Source of the DNA: Caecitellus pseudoparvulus
Lineage: Eukaryota > Protista > Bigyra: Bicosoecida
DNA length: 58,771 nt
Assembly: GCA_965644315.1 (NCBI GenBank)
Contig: CBFFRQ010000023.1
Span: 1-58,771, forward strand
Direction: 5' to 3'
Shown: one piece after another, positions 48,890 to 58,771 of the stretch
How the letters are laid out: every line of letters begins with the position of its first letter
Position numbering within the stretch: the first letter of the stretch is position 1
Program-made: the position numbers and the translations under genes
Notes under the pieces: model-generated
Databases searched by the model: none
Told to the model about the DNA's origin: nothing
Seen by the model: only the letters and a program-made list of their open reading frames with translations

Positions 48890-51195
48890 TCTCGGTCACC
48901 CATCAGAGCCAGCAGCTCACGCACCACTTCCACATGACCATTGCGACAGGCGAGCCGGAAGCCAAACTCACGATCACCATCAGGCCCAGAATGTACATCC
49001 ACGGCTCGATCACCCGTCAGCGCCAGCAGCTCACGCACCACATCCACGTGGCCGTTCAGGCAGGCAAGTCGGAAGCCATACTCAGGATCACCATCAGGCC
49101 CAGCATGCACGTCCACAGCTCGGTCACCCGTCAGTGCCAAAAGCTCGCGCACAACTTCCAAGTGACCGTTCTGACACGCAAGCTGGAATCCTTCCCCAGA
49201 CCTGCCCCCTGGACCAGCATGCACGTCCACGGCTCGATCACCCGTCAGCGCCAGCAGCTCACGCACCACTTCCACATGACCATTCGCACAGGCAAGTCGG
49301 AAGCAAAACTCACGATCACCATCAGGCCCAGAATGTACATCCACGGCTCGATCACCCGTCAGCGCCAGCAGCTCACGAACCACATCCACGTGGCCGTTCA
49401 GACAAGCAAGCTGGAACCCTTGCTCAAACACTTCATCCGCATCTTCGCACCGCAATGCCAGCAGAACACGCACATTCTCAGCGTGGCCTTCACAACATGC
49501 GTCAATAAAGGCTGTATCAAATGAGCCAGCTTGTAAGTATCGGGCTGAGTCAGCCACATCGAAGCTGTTGCATCCACATGTTGCTCCACTCGCACCGGAG
49601 AACGGGTCGATGCTCTTGCGCACAGCGAGGCACGCCATCACATAAGCACCTATGCACCGACTTCCACCGCCTTCAACGGCCTTCAGTGCACGGGCCAACG
49701 CCTGACCACCGCCAACCTCACCACTGCCCACGAACACCTGCCCTGCGCCGCCTGCACCTGCCCCTGCGCCCCCCCCGACACCCAGCACACTCCGCACCAC
49801 GCCTGACACACCCGCACTCCCACCTCCAACACCCGCACCCTCCTGCCCACCGCCTCGCCACACACCAGCACATGCACTCAACAATACCTCGCACCCACCC
49901 CCATCCAGTGCCTCCACCAGATCACCCACACTGCCACTCCCCACACCCACCACCACAAAGCTCCCAACACCCACATCACCCACCTCCACCCCACACGCCT
50001 CCGCCACAGCACATGCCCCCAACACCCGCACAGCCACGCGCTGCTTCACATCCAGACCAACATCGCACCACGCCTCGTCGTCCAAGAACGTGCTCAGCGG
50101 CCACCCCAACTCGCACTGCACCTGCACTGCAATCGTGCTTCGCTCCCCCACTGGCTCATCAGCCCTCACTTGCGAGCAATCATGCTTCAGCGCCACCCGG
50201 TGTGGCCGCTGCGCCATCCGAGGCAGCCCCAGACCGACCCGGACGCCTTCAGCACGTTTCAGCCTCGCCACACTCCCCCTCAACACACCCACACCAACAC
50301 CCAACACCGACGCCCACTCCTCAACGTCCGCAGCGACAGTGCCAGGGTCAGGGACGATGTGACTCTCCACAATGCTCACACTTGCCGTGGCGCTGTTCTT
50401 GCACACCACGCCCTCCGCCACATCAACACCTGACACAGACACCAGCCTCCGACTCGCGATCCCATCACCACACCCCAACAGCCCCCGCAGCTCCTCCACC
50501 GCAGTCGCCGCTGACTCCAAGTGCGCCGCTGCTGCCTCGCTCGTCAGCTCGCCTGCTGCGCCACCACGCAGCCACTCCGCCTGCTGATGCATGAACGCCA
50601 GTGCATCTGCCATGGCATCATCGCCACCGCCGCCACCACCCTCCACACCGGCACCACCCACCGCTGCATCCGCAACCGGCACCTCCCGCTCACCCCACCA
50701 TCGCGTCAAGTCCGCCAGCGCACCCTCCGCACTCACCCCACGCCGCACACTGCCCCACGCACCCACAACATCACCCCACACCGCATCCCCGCTCGGCACG
50801 GCATCCACGCCCACACCAGACACCGCCTGACGCAGCACGCCCATCGCAGCGAAGCACCGGAACGACAAGTACTCCAGCGCGTCACACACCTCCCCTCGAT
50901 CAATCTGCCCTGCCAACACCCCAGCCCGCTCCAACAATGCACCTCCTGCATCACGCAGCAGCTCACCCAGCTCCGCCAGGCTCATGTCCTGGGCGTCTCC
51001 ACCTGCACCAGGTGCTTCTCCTCGACCAATGGCCGCCAGCCCTCGCAGTGCTGCGCCATGCTTCCACTCGCTCCCGGCCATGCACTTCAACTTCTCCAAG
51101 CACTTCGCCACCATCTCCACCTTCGCCCTGTCAAGCCCACCGCCCACCTCGATGTCCACCTCCCCACAGTCAACACTGCTCGATGCCTGCGCCAC
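48890..51195 (-). CDS. Pseudokinase-like plus ankyrin-repeat protein, copy 2 (about 6 repeats; interrupted at ~48890)
   Basis: N-terminal ~520 aa nearly identical to 54422..58414; 38-aa ankyrin units (FxLACxNGHVxVVRELLALTGDRAVDVH). The ORF begins at a CAG acceptor-like site, so the true start is probably upstream. Confidence 0.8.
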
Positions 51196-51551
51196 ACAAC
51201 ATGCTCAGTGCCTCGCGTGTGCCGTCGCAGTCTCACGCTCATACTTATCGCAAGTGCTTTGCCCAGCGCCAAGTGCGCTGAGACAGGCGCCACCGCACCA
51301 CCTACCATTGAACACACCGGAAAACCAGCTCACATGCGCTCCACGTGCACACTTGATCACATGCAATGCATGCAGGTCTCTGAGATACGGGCAGCGCGAG
51401 AGAACCGGGTGAGACGCACGCTGCTGCGGAAATCCCTCCAACTGCAACACCCGACGTTGCACTTTGCTGGCATCCAGCCCCATGACACGTACCTGCGCCG
51501 ACGCAACCTCAAGTCTCCACTAGCAATCGTCCACAGTAATCAATGAAGTGT
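49690..51551. repeat. Segmental duplication, near-identical to 56905-58771
   Basis: Direct sequence match that includes the non-coding upstream region; the window ends inside the second copy. Confidence 0.95.
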
Positions 51552-51644
51552 GAGCATCTCTGCTCATGCTCACCAGGGTGCTGCTCCAACATCGCCCCCC
51601 TCACACCCCCCCCCTCAACACGCACAGCCTTGCATTGACCACGC

Positions 51645-54119
51645 TCACACACCTCCCGCCCCATCCCCCTCGCGACGGCTGCGCGCAAAGTACGGAGTGC
51701 CCGCCTGCTCACCCCGCACAAGGTAGAACGCCTGCTCCTGTGCCTGCCGCGCACCCTCCGCACCCGGCAAGTACGTCACACTGGCGCTGGGCCCCGTCAC
51801 CTGCGTGATCACAGAGGCTGCACTGCCGGACGGCGCCATGCCCGCGCGCCGACCCCCCCGTGCCAGCGCCAGGGCGGCGTAGTTCCCCGGACCCCCGTGT
51901 ATCCCACCCCCCTGCCAATCAAACGTCCCACTGCCCTCACCCGCCTCCTCCGCCACACGCCGCAGCCTCGCGCTGGCGGGGCCCGCAGGCAGATCCGTCC
52001 CCTCCACTTCACTGCTGCTGGCCAGATCCGCGTGCCCGCCACCCCCCACACCGCCGTGCAGGGATGTCTCCAGTGTCCCCGCCGGCAGCTCGTACCGCTG
52101 CAAGGACGTGACGATGGACGGCGCCATGTGCCGTGCCCCCGGCGCCACCGCCGCAGACGCCTTGAACGCCTGCGAGCCATGCAGCCGTGTCTGCACAGGG
52201 GACGGCGGGGCCAGCGGCGCCGGCGTGCCATGGCGCTCAGCCGTCGCTGCCTCCACCAACCGACGCAGCTGCTGCCGTGGCAGCTTGTGCGTCGGCACGG
52301 CGTACGCACGCAGACTGGTGCCGCTGCGACTGCCGCTGCTGCGCCGGGATCGACCTGTCGTCGTGCGTTCCGGGCTGGCCCCGTCACCCTCCTCACCCGC
52401 CGCGGGGGCATGCTCAGAGGTGCCCCGTGACCCCTCCCCCACAGCCCACTCCACACGAGCTAGCGCCTCCTCCTCACCCTCCTCCACACGGTGCCGCGAC
52501 CGGGTCCCCACACCCCGCATGGCCGCCGCCGCCGCCGCCGCACCTGCCGCCGCCGAGGCTGACTTGGTCCCAATGCCGCCCGGCAACGCTGACGCACCCA
52601 GCAGCCCAGCGGCAGCGTCCTCCAGCAGATCCTCCAGTGGCGCATACCCCCCGTGGGCCCGTGCCGTGGCCTGCACGCTGGGCGGGTCGTGACGGTGGGC
52701 TGACGCCGGGCTGCCTGGCGTGATAACGCTCACGGAGGGGGGTGTGCCGGGAGGCGTGCCTGACCCCCCCTCACCCCCCTCACGACCTGACTGCGCACTC
52801 CGACGCACACTCCACTGCCGCCGCTGCAACATGTCACCAGGCGTCACACTGCCCTGCACACACCCGGGCACGGGCCCCCGCAACGTGGCACGCCCCGCCT
52901 CACCCAGGCGCCCCGTGGGACCACCCACCGCGTCCTCACGCGCAAACGCCACAGACGCCGCCAGACGCCGCAGCAGGTGTGGCTGCCCCTCCAACTCGCG
53001 CGGCACACTGCCCAGCACCACACCGTCCACCACCAGTCCACCCCCCCCACTTCCACCACCACCAGCCGCACGAAGCGCTGCACCCCGAGCAGCCAGCGCC
53101 CTCCGACGAGCAGCATGGTCGCGACGACCCCCCTTCCGACCCCCCTGCCCCCCCCCTCCCACCGGCGCCCAGTGCTCCAGAACGGGGTGCTGGTTCATGG
53201 CCGTGTCCATGGGGTCTGCGGGGGGGCGCCAGCTGTACCCCCCCCGCGCCTTCACACGTGCACCCCACTTCCGACGCGCCAGCTGCATGCCCACATGTGC
53301 GTCAGGCCGCGCCCACTTCTGCGTCGCCCACTCCTCCAGCTGGCCCTGACGACCCACCCCCTCCGCGATGCCCGTCGGGTCCAGGCGGATGTCCCCCACC
53401 TCCGCTGACGCCTCCAGCGCCTGACGCGCGTAGCTCCGCGCCATCGCCTGCCGCACACTGCGAGGCGCAGCAGACGTGCCTGCCATGGCCTGGGCCAGCA
53501 CCTCCGACAGCGGGGGCAGGGGGGGACCCCCACCGCCCGCCTCCAACAGCGGCGGCGCCCCCTCCCGCTCTCGCCCACGCTCATACCGACGCAGCATGGC
53601 CAGCATCACACCCTCCTGCTGGTCCTTGTACAGCCGCCCGTCGTACTGCCGACGCAGGTCCAGCTGGCTGATCACCTCCTCTCGCCGCAGGGTGCTCGCA
53701 CGCCGACCTGCCAGCAGGTCCTGCAGCGACGTCGCCTCACCCCCCGCTCGCGGATCGTACCCACCCGCTCCCTCGCGCCCACCCTGCCCCAACGGCACAC
53801 CACCATCGTCCCCCTCGCTGTCACTGCTGCTGCCAGACCCGCTGCCACGTCCGCGCGCAGAGCGTGTGCCCTGCCACGGACCACCCCCCGCACTGCCCCC
53901 ACCACCACCCCCAGTGTGAGCCTGCCGACCACCACTGGCGATGGCAGTGGACACGGGCGCTGCCGGCGCACGGCGCCCCCTGTCGCCGTCCTGCACGCCT
54001 GCCTCGCCAGTCCTGTGCTCACCCTCCTCAAAGTCCTCCAACATGCGTGCCGTGACATCCTCTCGCCGAGCCACATGCCGACGCAGACGACGCAGCCGGC
54101 GCTGCCGTGCCGCCACCAC
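51645..54119 (-). CDS. Hypothetical low-complexity protein
   Basis: 824-codon open frame; no domain recognised; start uncertain. Confidence 0.55.
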   Translation of the reverse strand: MVAARQRRLRRLRRHVARREDVTARMLEDFEEGEHRTGEAGVQDGDRGRRAPAAPVSTAIASGGRQAHTGGGGGGSAGGGPWQGTRSARGRGSGSGSSSDSEGDDGGVPLGQGGREGAGGYDPRAGGEATSLQDLLAGRRASTLRREEVISQLDLRRQYDGRLYKDQQEGVMLAMLRRYERGREREGAPPLLEAGGGGPPLPPLSEVLAQAMAGTSAAPRSVRQAMARSYARQALEASAEVGDIRLDPTGIAEGVGRQGQLEEWATQKWARPDAHVGMQLARRKWGARVKARGGYSWRPPADPMDTAMNQHPVLEHWAPVGGGGQGGRKGGRRDHAARRRALAARGAALRAAGGGGSGGGGLVVDGVVLGSVPRELEGQPHLLRRLAASVAFAREDAVGGPTGRLGEAGRATLRGPVPGCVQGSVTPGDMLQRRQWSVRRSAQSGREGGEGGSGTPPGTPPSVSVITPGSPASAHRHDPPSVQATARAHGGYAPLEDLLEDAAAGLLGASALPGGIGTKSASAAAGAAAAAAAMRGVGTRSRHRVEEGEEEALARVEWAVGEGSRGTSEHAPAAGEEGDGASPERTTTGRSRRSSGSRSGTSLRAYAVPTHKLPRQQLRRLVEAATAERHGTPAPLAPPSPVQTRLHGSQAFKASAAVAPGARHMAPSIVTSLQRYELPAGTLETSLHGGVGGGGHADLASSSEVEGTDLPAGPASARLRRVAEEAGEGSGTFDWQGGGIHGGPGNYAALALARGGRRAGMAPSGSAASVITQVTGPSASVTYLPGAEGARQAQEQAFYLVRGEQAGTPYFARSRREGDGAGGV

Positions 54120-54421
54120 CGCTGGCGCTTCTACCTTTCGAACCTAGTTGCATGGATTGGTCACCGTCACCGCAGTGGGTGACAGTTCCTGGGCATGGCC
54201 GCGTTGACATTTCCATGCCGCTTCTCAGCCCACAAGAGCCCCATCACCTCCAAACGTTCAGCGTGACTTAGCTGGAACGCGCTTGTACGTACGGAAACAT
54301 AGCCGTGCCCGATCCTGCATTCCCTGCCACACATGAGCTGGCACCGGCTACTTCAACGTGGCTGGCTTGAGTCAAGCCACTTCACGAGCTGTGAAAGTTG
54401 CTTCCTTGTGAGGAGAGAGCA

Positions 54422-57400
54422 TCAAATCAAATCATTCAGGCCATCAAACTTGGTCGCACGCTGTCTGATACTGTCGGGAATCCGGCGGTTTCCGCTCAGT
54501 GCCAGCAGCTCACGCACCACACCCGCATGATCTTTTATGCAGGCGGCACGGAAGCCATACTCCCGATCTACGTGCACATCCACGGCCCGATGACCAGTCA
54601 GCGCCAACAGCTCGCGCACCACCTCCACGTGCCCTTCCTGACAGGCAGTTTGGAACCCGCGCTCAGGATCACCCGGTGGCCCAGCGTGCACGTCCACCTC
54701 TCGAGCACCGCTCAGCGCCAGCAGCTCGCGCACCACCTCCACGTGACCATTCTGACATGCGACTCGGAAGCCACACTCGCGATCCGCATGCACATCCACC
54801 TCACGAGCACCGCTCAGCGCCAACAGCTCACGCACCACGTCCAAGTGACCATTCTGGCACGCAGCTTGGAAGGCACGCTCAGGATCACCCGGCGGCCCAG
54901 CATGCACGTCCACCTCACGATGCCCGCTCAGTGCCAACAGCTCGCGCACCACATCTAGATGTCCTTTCTGGCAGGCAGCGATGAAGCAACACTCCCCATC
55001 GACGTGCACGTCCACCTCGCGAGCACCGCTCAGCGCCAACAGCTCGCGCACCACATCTACGTGTCCATTGACACAGGCGAGCTGCAAGGCACGCCCAGGA
55101 TCACCCGGACGCCCGGCGTGCACGTCAACGGCCCGATGCCCGCTCAGCGCCAGCAGCTCGCGCACCATCTTCAGTTGCCCTTTCTGGCAGGCAGCACGAA
55201 AGGCGGCCTCCCGTCCAACATGCACGTCTATTGCTCGATAACCAGTCAGACCCAGAAGCTCACGCACCACCTCAATGTGCCCCTCCTGACAAGCTACTCG
55301 GAAGCCACCCTCCCGATCGACATGCACGTCTACCTCACGAGCACCAGTCAGCCCAAGCAGCTCACGCACCACACCCGCATGACCATTCGCACAGGCAAGT
55401 CGGAAGCCACACTCCCCATCGGCATGCACATCCACCTCACGATGCCCGCTCAGCGCCAACAGCTCGCGCACCACGTCCACGTGACCATTCTGACAGGCAG
55501 CTTGGAACCCACGCTCAGGATCACCCGGTGGCCCAGCATGCACATCCACCTCACGAGCACCAGTCAGCGCCAGCAGCTCACGCACCACCTCCACACGCCC
55601 ATTCTGGCAGGCGGCAACAAAGCCACCCTCCCGACGAACGTGTACGTCCACCTCTCGAGCACCAGTCAGCGCCAGCAGCTCGCGCACCACGTCCAGGTGA
55701 CCATTCTGACAGGCGGCCCGGAAGCCACACTCACGATCCGCATGCACGTCCACCTCACGAGCACCGCTCAGCGCCAACAGCTCGCGCACCACGTCCAAGT
55801 GTCCCTCCTGACAGGCACCTTGGAACCCGCGCTCAGGATCACCCGGCGGCCCAGCATGCACGTCCACCTCACGATGCCCGCTCAGTGCCAACAGCTCGCG
55901 CACCACCTCCAAGTGTCCCTTCTGGCAGGCAGCGATAAAGCCACCCTCCCGACGAATGTGTACGTCCACCTCACGAGCACCAGTCAGCGCCAGCAGCTCA
56001 CGCACCACCTCCACACGCCCATTCTGGCAGGCGGCAACAAAGCCACCCTCCCGACGAACGTGTATGTCAACCTCACGATGCCCGCTCAGCGCCAGCAGCT
56101 CGCGCACCACCTCCACGTGACCATTCTGACAGGCGGCCCGGAAGCCACACTCACGATCCGCATGCACGTCCACCGCTCGATGCCCGCTCAGCGCCAGCAG
56201 CTCGCGCACCACGTCCAGGTGACCATTCTGGCACGCAGTTTGGAAGGCACGCTCGGGATCACCCGGTGGCCCAGCATGCACATCCACCTCGCGAGCACCG
56301 CTCAGTGCCAACAGCTCACGCACCACATCTAGATGTCCTTTCTGGCAGGCAAGTCGGAAGCCACACTCGCGATCCGCATGCACGTCCACCGCTCGATGCC
56401 CGCTCAGCGCCAACAGCTCGCGAACCACGTCCAGGTGTCCCTCCTGACAGGCACCTTGGAAGGCACGCTCAGGATCACCCGGTGGCCCAGCATGCACGTC
56501 CACCTCGCGATGCCCCGTCAGCGCTAGCAACTCACGCACCACCTCTACGTGACCATGCTCACAGGCAAATCGAAAACTTGCTTCGGGCTCGTTCCCGACC
56601 CCTGCATGTACATCCACCGCATTATCACCTGTCAGCGCCAGCAGCTCACGAACCACATCCACATCACCGTCCATACACGCGATATGGAAGACGGCCGTCA
56701 TTTCTTCGTCAAACCTCACTGCTTCACCTGAGAGGCGCTGTCCTGCACCTTGCTCTTTCTGCTCCGCTGCGCGTGATTGCCTCTCCTTCAACCATGCCCC
56801 AATGGCGCGTCCCACATCCTGCAACCCCTCCACCAAAACCCCGCTATCCTCACACGCCATCACATAAGCACCCATGCACCGCCTTTCACCGCCTTCCACG
56901 GCCTCCAGCGCACGGGCCAACGCCTGACCACCGCCAACCTCACCACTGCCCACGAACACCTGCCCTGCGCCGCCTGCACCTGCCCCTGCGCCCCCCCCGA
57001 CGCCCAGCACACTCCGCACCACGCCTGACACACCCGCACTCCCACCTCCAACACCCGCACCCTCCTGCCCACCACCTCGCCACACACCGGCACACGCACT
57101 CAGCAACACCTCGCACCCACCCCCATCCAGTGCCTCCACCAGATCACCCACACTCCCGCTCCCCACACCCACCACCACAAAGCTCCCAACACCCACATCA
57201 CCCACCTCCACCCCACACGCCTCCGCCACAGCACATGCCCCCAACACCCGCACAGCCACGCGCTGCTTCACATCCAGACCAACATCGCACCACGCCTCGT
57301 CGTCCAAGAACGTGCTCAGCGGCCACCCCAACTCACACTGCACCTGCACTGCAATCGTGCTTCGCTCCCCCACCGGCTCGTCAGCCCTCACTTGAGAGCA

Positions 57401-58414
57401 ATCATGCTTCAGCGCCACCCGGTGTGGCCGCTGCGCCATCCGAGGCAGCCCCAGACCGACCCGGACGCCTTCAGCACGCTTCAGCCTCGCCACACTCCCC
57501 CTCAACACACCCACACCAACACCCAACACGGACGCCCACTCTTCAACGTCCGCAGCGACAGTGCCAGGGTCAGGGACGATGTGACTCTCCACAATGCTCA
57601 CACTTGCCGTGGCGCTGTTCTTGCACACCACGCCCTCCGCCACATCAACACCTGACACAGACACCAGCCTCCGACTCGCGATCCCATCACCACACCCCAA
57701 CAGCCCCCGCAGCTCCTCCACCGCAGTCGCCGCTGACTCCAAGTGCGCCGCTGCTGCCTCGCTCGTCAGCTCGCCTGCTGCGCCACCACGCAGCCACTCC
57801 GCCTGCTGATGCATGAACGCCAGTGCATCTGCCATGGCATCATTGCCGCCGCCACTGCCCTCCACACCGGCACCACCCACCGCTGCATCCGCAACAGGCA
57901 CCTCCCGCTCACCCCACCATCGCGTCAAGTCCGCCAGCGCACCCTCCGCACTCACCCCACGCCGCACACTGCCCCACGCACCCACAACATCACCCCACAC
58001 CGCATCCCCGCTCGGCACGGCATCCACGCCCACACCAGACACCGCCTGACGCAGCACGCCCATCGCAGCGAAGCACCGGAACGACAAGTACTCCAGCGCG
58101 TCACACACCTCCCCTCGATCAATCTGCCCTGCCAACACCCCAGCCCGCTCCAACAATGCACCTCCTGCATCACGCAGCAGCTCACCCAGCTCCGCCAGGC
58201 TCATGTCCTGGGCGTCTCCACCTGCACCAGGTGCTTCTCCTCGACCAATGGCCGCCAGCCCTCGCAGTGCTGCGCCATGCTTCCACTCGCTCCCGGCCAT
58301 GCACTTCAACTTCTCCAAGCACTTCGCCACCATCTCCACCTTCGCCCTGTCAAGCCCACCGCCCACCTCGATGTCCACCTCCCCACAGTCAACACTGCTC
58401 GATGCCTGCGCCAC
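54422..58414 (-). CDS. Pseudokinase-like plus ankyrin-repeat protein, copy 1 (21 repeats of 34 or 38 aa)
   Basis: 1330-codon open frame; tandem xxFxxACxxGHxxVVRELLAL(S/T)GxRxVDVH units at ~54422-56690. Confidence 0.88.
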   Translation of the reverse strand: MAQASSSVDCGEVDIEVGGGLDRAKVEMVAKCLEKLKCMAGSEWKHGAALRGLAAIGRGEAPGAGGDAQDMSLAELGELLRDAGGALLERAGVLAGQIDRGEVCDALEYLSFRCFAAMGVLRQAVSGVGVDAVPSGDAVWGDVVGAWGSVRRGVSAEGALADLTRWWGEREVPVADAAVGGAGVEGSGGGNDAMADALAFMHQQAEWLRGGAAGELTSEAAAAHLESAATAVEELRGLLGCGDGIASRRLVSVSGVDVAEGVVCKNSATASVSIVESHIVPDPGTVAADVEEWASVLGVGVGVLRGSVARLKRAEGVRVGLGLPRMAQRPHRVALKHDCSQVRADEPVGERSTIAVQVQCELGWPLSTFLDDEAWCDVGLDVKQRVAVRVLGACAVAEACGVEVGDVGVGSFVVVGVGSGSVGDLVEALDGGGCEVLLSACAGVWRGGGQEGAGVGGGSAGVSGVVRSVLGVGGGAGAGAGGAGQVFVGSGEVGGGQALARALEAVEGGERRCMGAYVMACEDSGVLVEGLQDVGRAIGAWLKERQSRAAEQKEQGAGQRLSGEAVRFDEEMTAVFHIACMDGDVDVVRELLALTGDNAVDVHAGVGNEPEASFRFACEHGHVEVVRELLALTGHREVDVHAGPPGDPERAFQGACQEGHLDVVRELLALSGHRAVDVHADRECGFRLACQKGHLDVVRELLALSGAREVDVHAGPPGDPERAFQTACQNGHLDVVRELLALSGHRAVDVHADRECGFRAACQNGHVEVVRELLALSGHREVDIHVRREGGFVAACQNGRVEVVRELLALTGAREVDVHIRREGGFIAACQKGHLEVVRELLALSGHREVDVHAGPPGDPERGFQGACQEGHLDVVRELLALSGAREVDVHADRECGFRAACQNGHLDVVRELLALTGAREVDVHVRREGGFVAACQNGRVEVVRELLALTGAREVDVHAGPPGDPERGFQAACQNGHVDVVRELLALSGHREVDVHADGECGFRLACANGHAGVVRELLGLTGAREVDVHVDREGGFRVACQEGHIEVVRELLGLTGYRAIDVHVGREAAFRAACQKGQLKMVRELLALSGHRAVDVHAGRPGDPGRALQLACVNGHVDVVRELLALSGAREVDVHVDGECCFIAACQKGHLDVVRELLALSGHREVDVHAGPPGDPERAFQAACQNGHLDVVRELLALSGAREVDVHADRECGFRVACQNGHVEVVRELLALSGAREVDVHAGPPGDPERGFQTACQEGHVEVVRELLALTGHRAVDVHVDREYGFRAACIKDHAGVVRELLALSGNRRIPDSIRQRATKFDGLNDLI

Positions 58415-58771
58415 ACAACATGCTCAGTGCCTCGCGTGTGCCGTCGCAGTCTCACGCTCATACTTATCGCAAGTGCTTTGCCCAGCGCCAAGTGCGCTGA
58501 GACAGGCGCCACCGCACCACCTACCATTGAACACACCGGAAAACCAGCTCACATGCGCTCCACGTGCACACTTGATCACATGCAATGCATGCAGGTCTCT
58601 GAGATACGGGCAGCGCGAGAGAACCGGGTGAGACGCATGCTGCTGCGGAAATCCCTCCCACTACAACACCCGACGTTGCACTTTGCTGGCATCCAGCCCC
58701 ATGACACGTACCTGCGCCGACGCAACCTCAAGTCTCCACTAGCAATCGTCCACAGTAATCAATGAAGTGTG

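Noticed and set aside
54398-56527. Long + strand His/Gln/Thr-rich repetitive ORFs (also 48847-49524)
   Set aside because: They are antisense shadows of the ankyrin arrays.
54422-56690. TALE-like DNA-binding code suggested by the 34-aa repeat length
   Set aside because: The consensus is ankyrin (A-C-x-x-G-H-x-x-VV-x-x-LL), not TALE (LTPxQVVAIAS..GGKQAL).

Overview
Eukaryotic DNA, not prokaryotic: it has short (about 60-90 nt) GT-AG introns with GTGCGT/GTGAGT donors, a fused DHFR-TS gene and flagellar genes. This points to a GC-rich flagellated protist, possibly a stramenopile (inference). The window has three zones. (1) 1 to ~21.9 kb is visibly less GC-rich and is a mosaic of short, broken transposon fragments: DIRS/Ngaro-type RNase H and tyrosine recombinase, non-LTR RT, several pogo DDE_1 ends with zinc knuckles and TA-flanked TIRs, Harbinger, hAT-like and Plavaka/CMC-like pieces. 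It also holds a Crinkler-type REase ORF and a dispersed family I cannot identify, in which a conserved, covarying hairpin module sits about 0.5 kb upstream of a divergent 'W.DR.W...GPCIG...Y..V.AG..DG' ORF. (2) ~22-46 kb is a very compact housekeeping block of mostly alternating orientation: DHFR-TS, TBC-rhodanese, WDR78-like dynein intermediate chain, DUF455, a head-to-head PurF/PurK pair, CFAP52-like, PH/TBC and DnaJ. (3) 46.3-58.8 kb holds two copies of a gene with a near-identical pseudokinase-like N-terminus fused to different, hypervariable 34/38-aa ankyrin arrays (21 repeats versus 6+2). All alignments and folds were done by eye.
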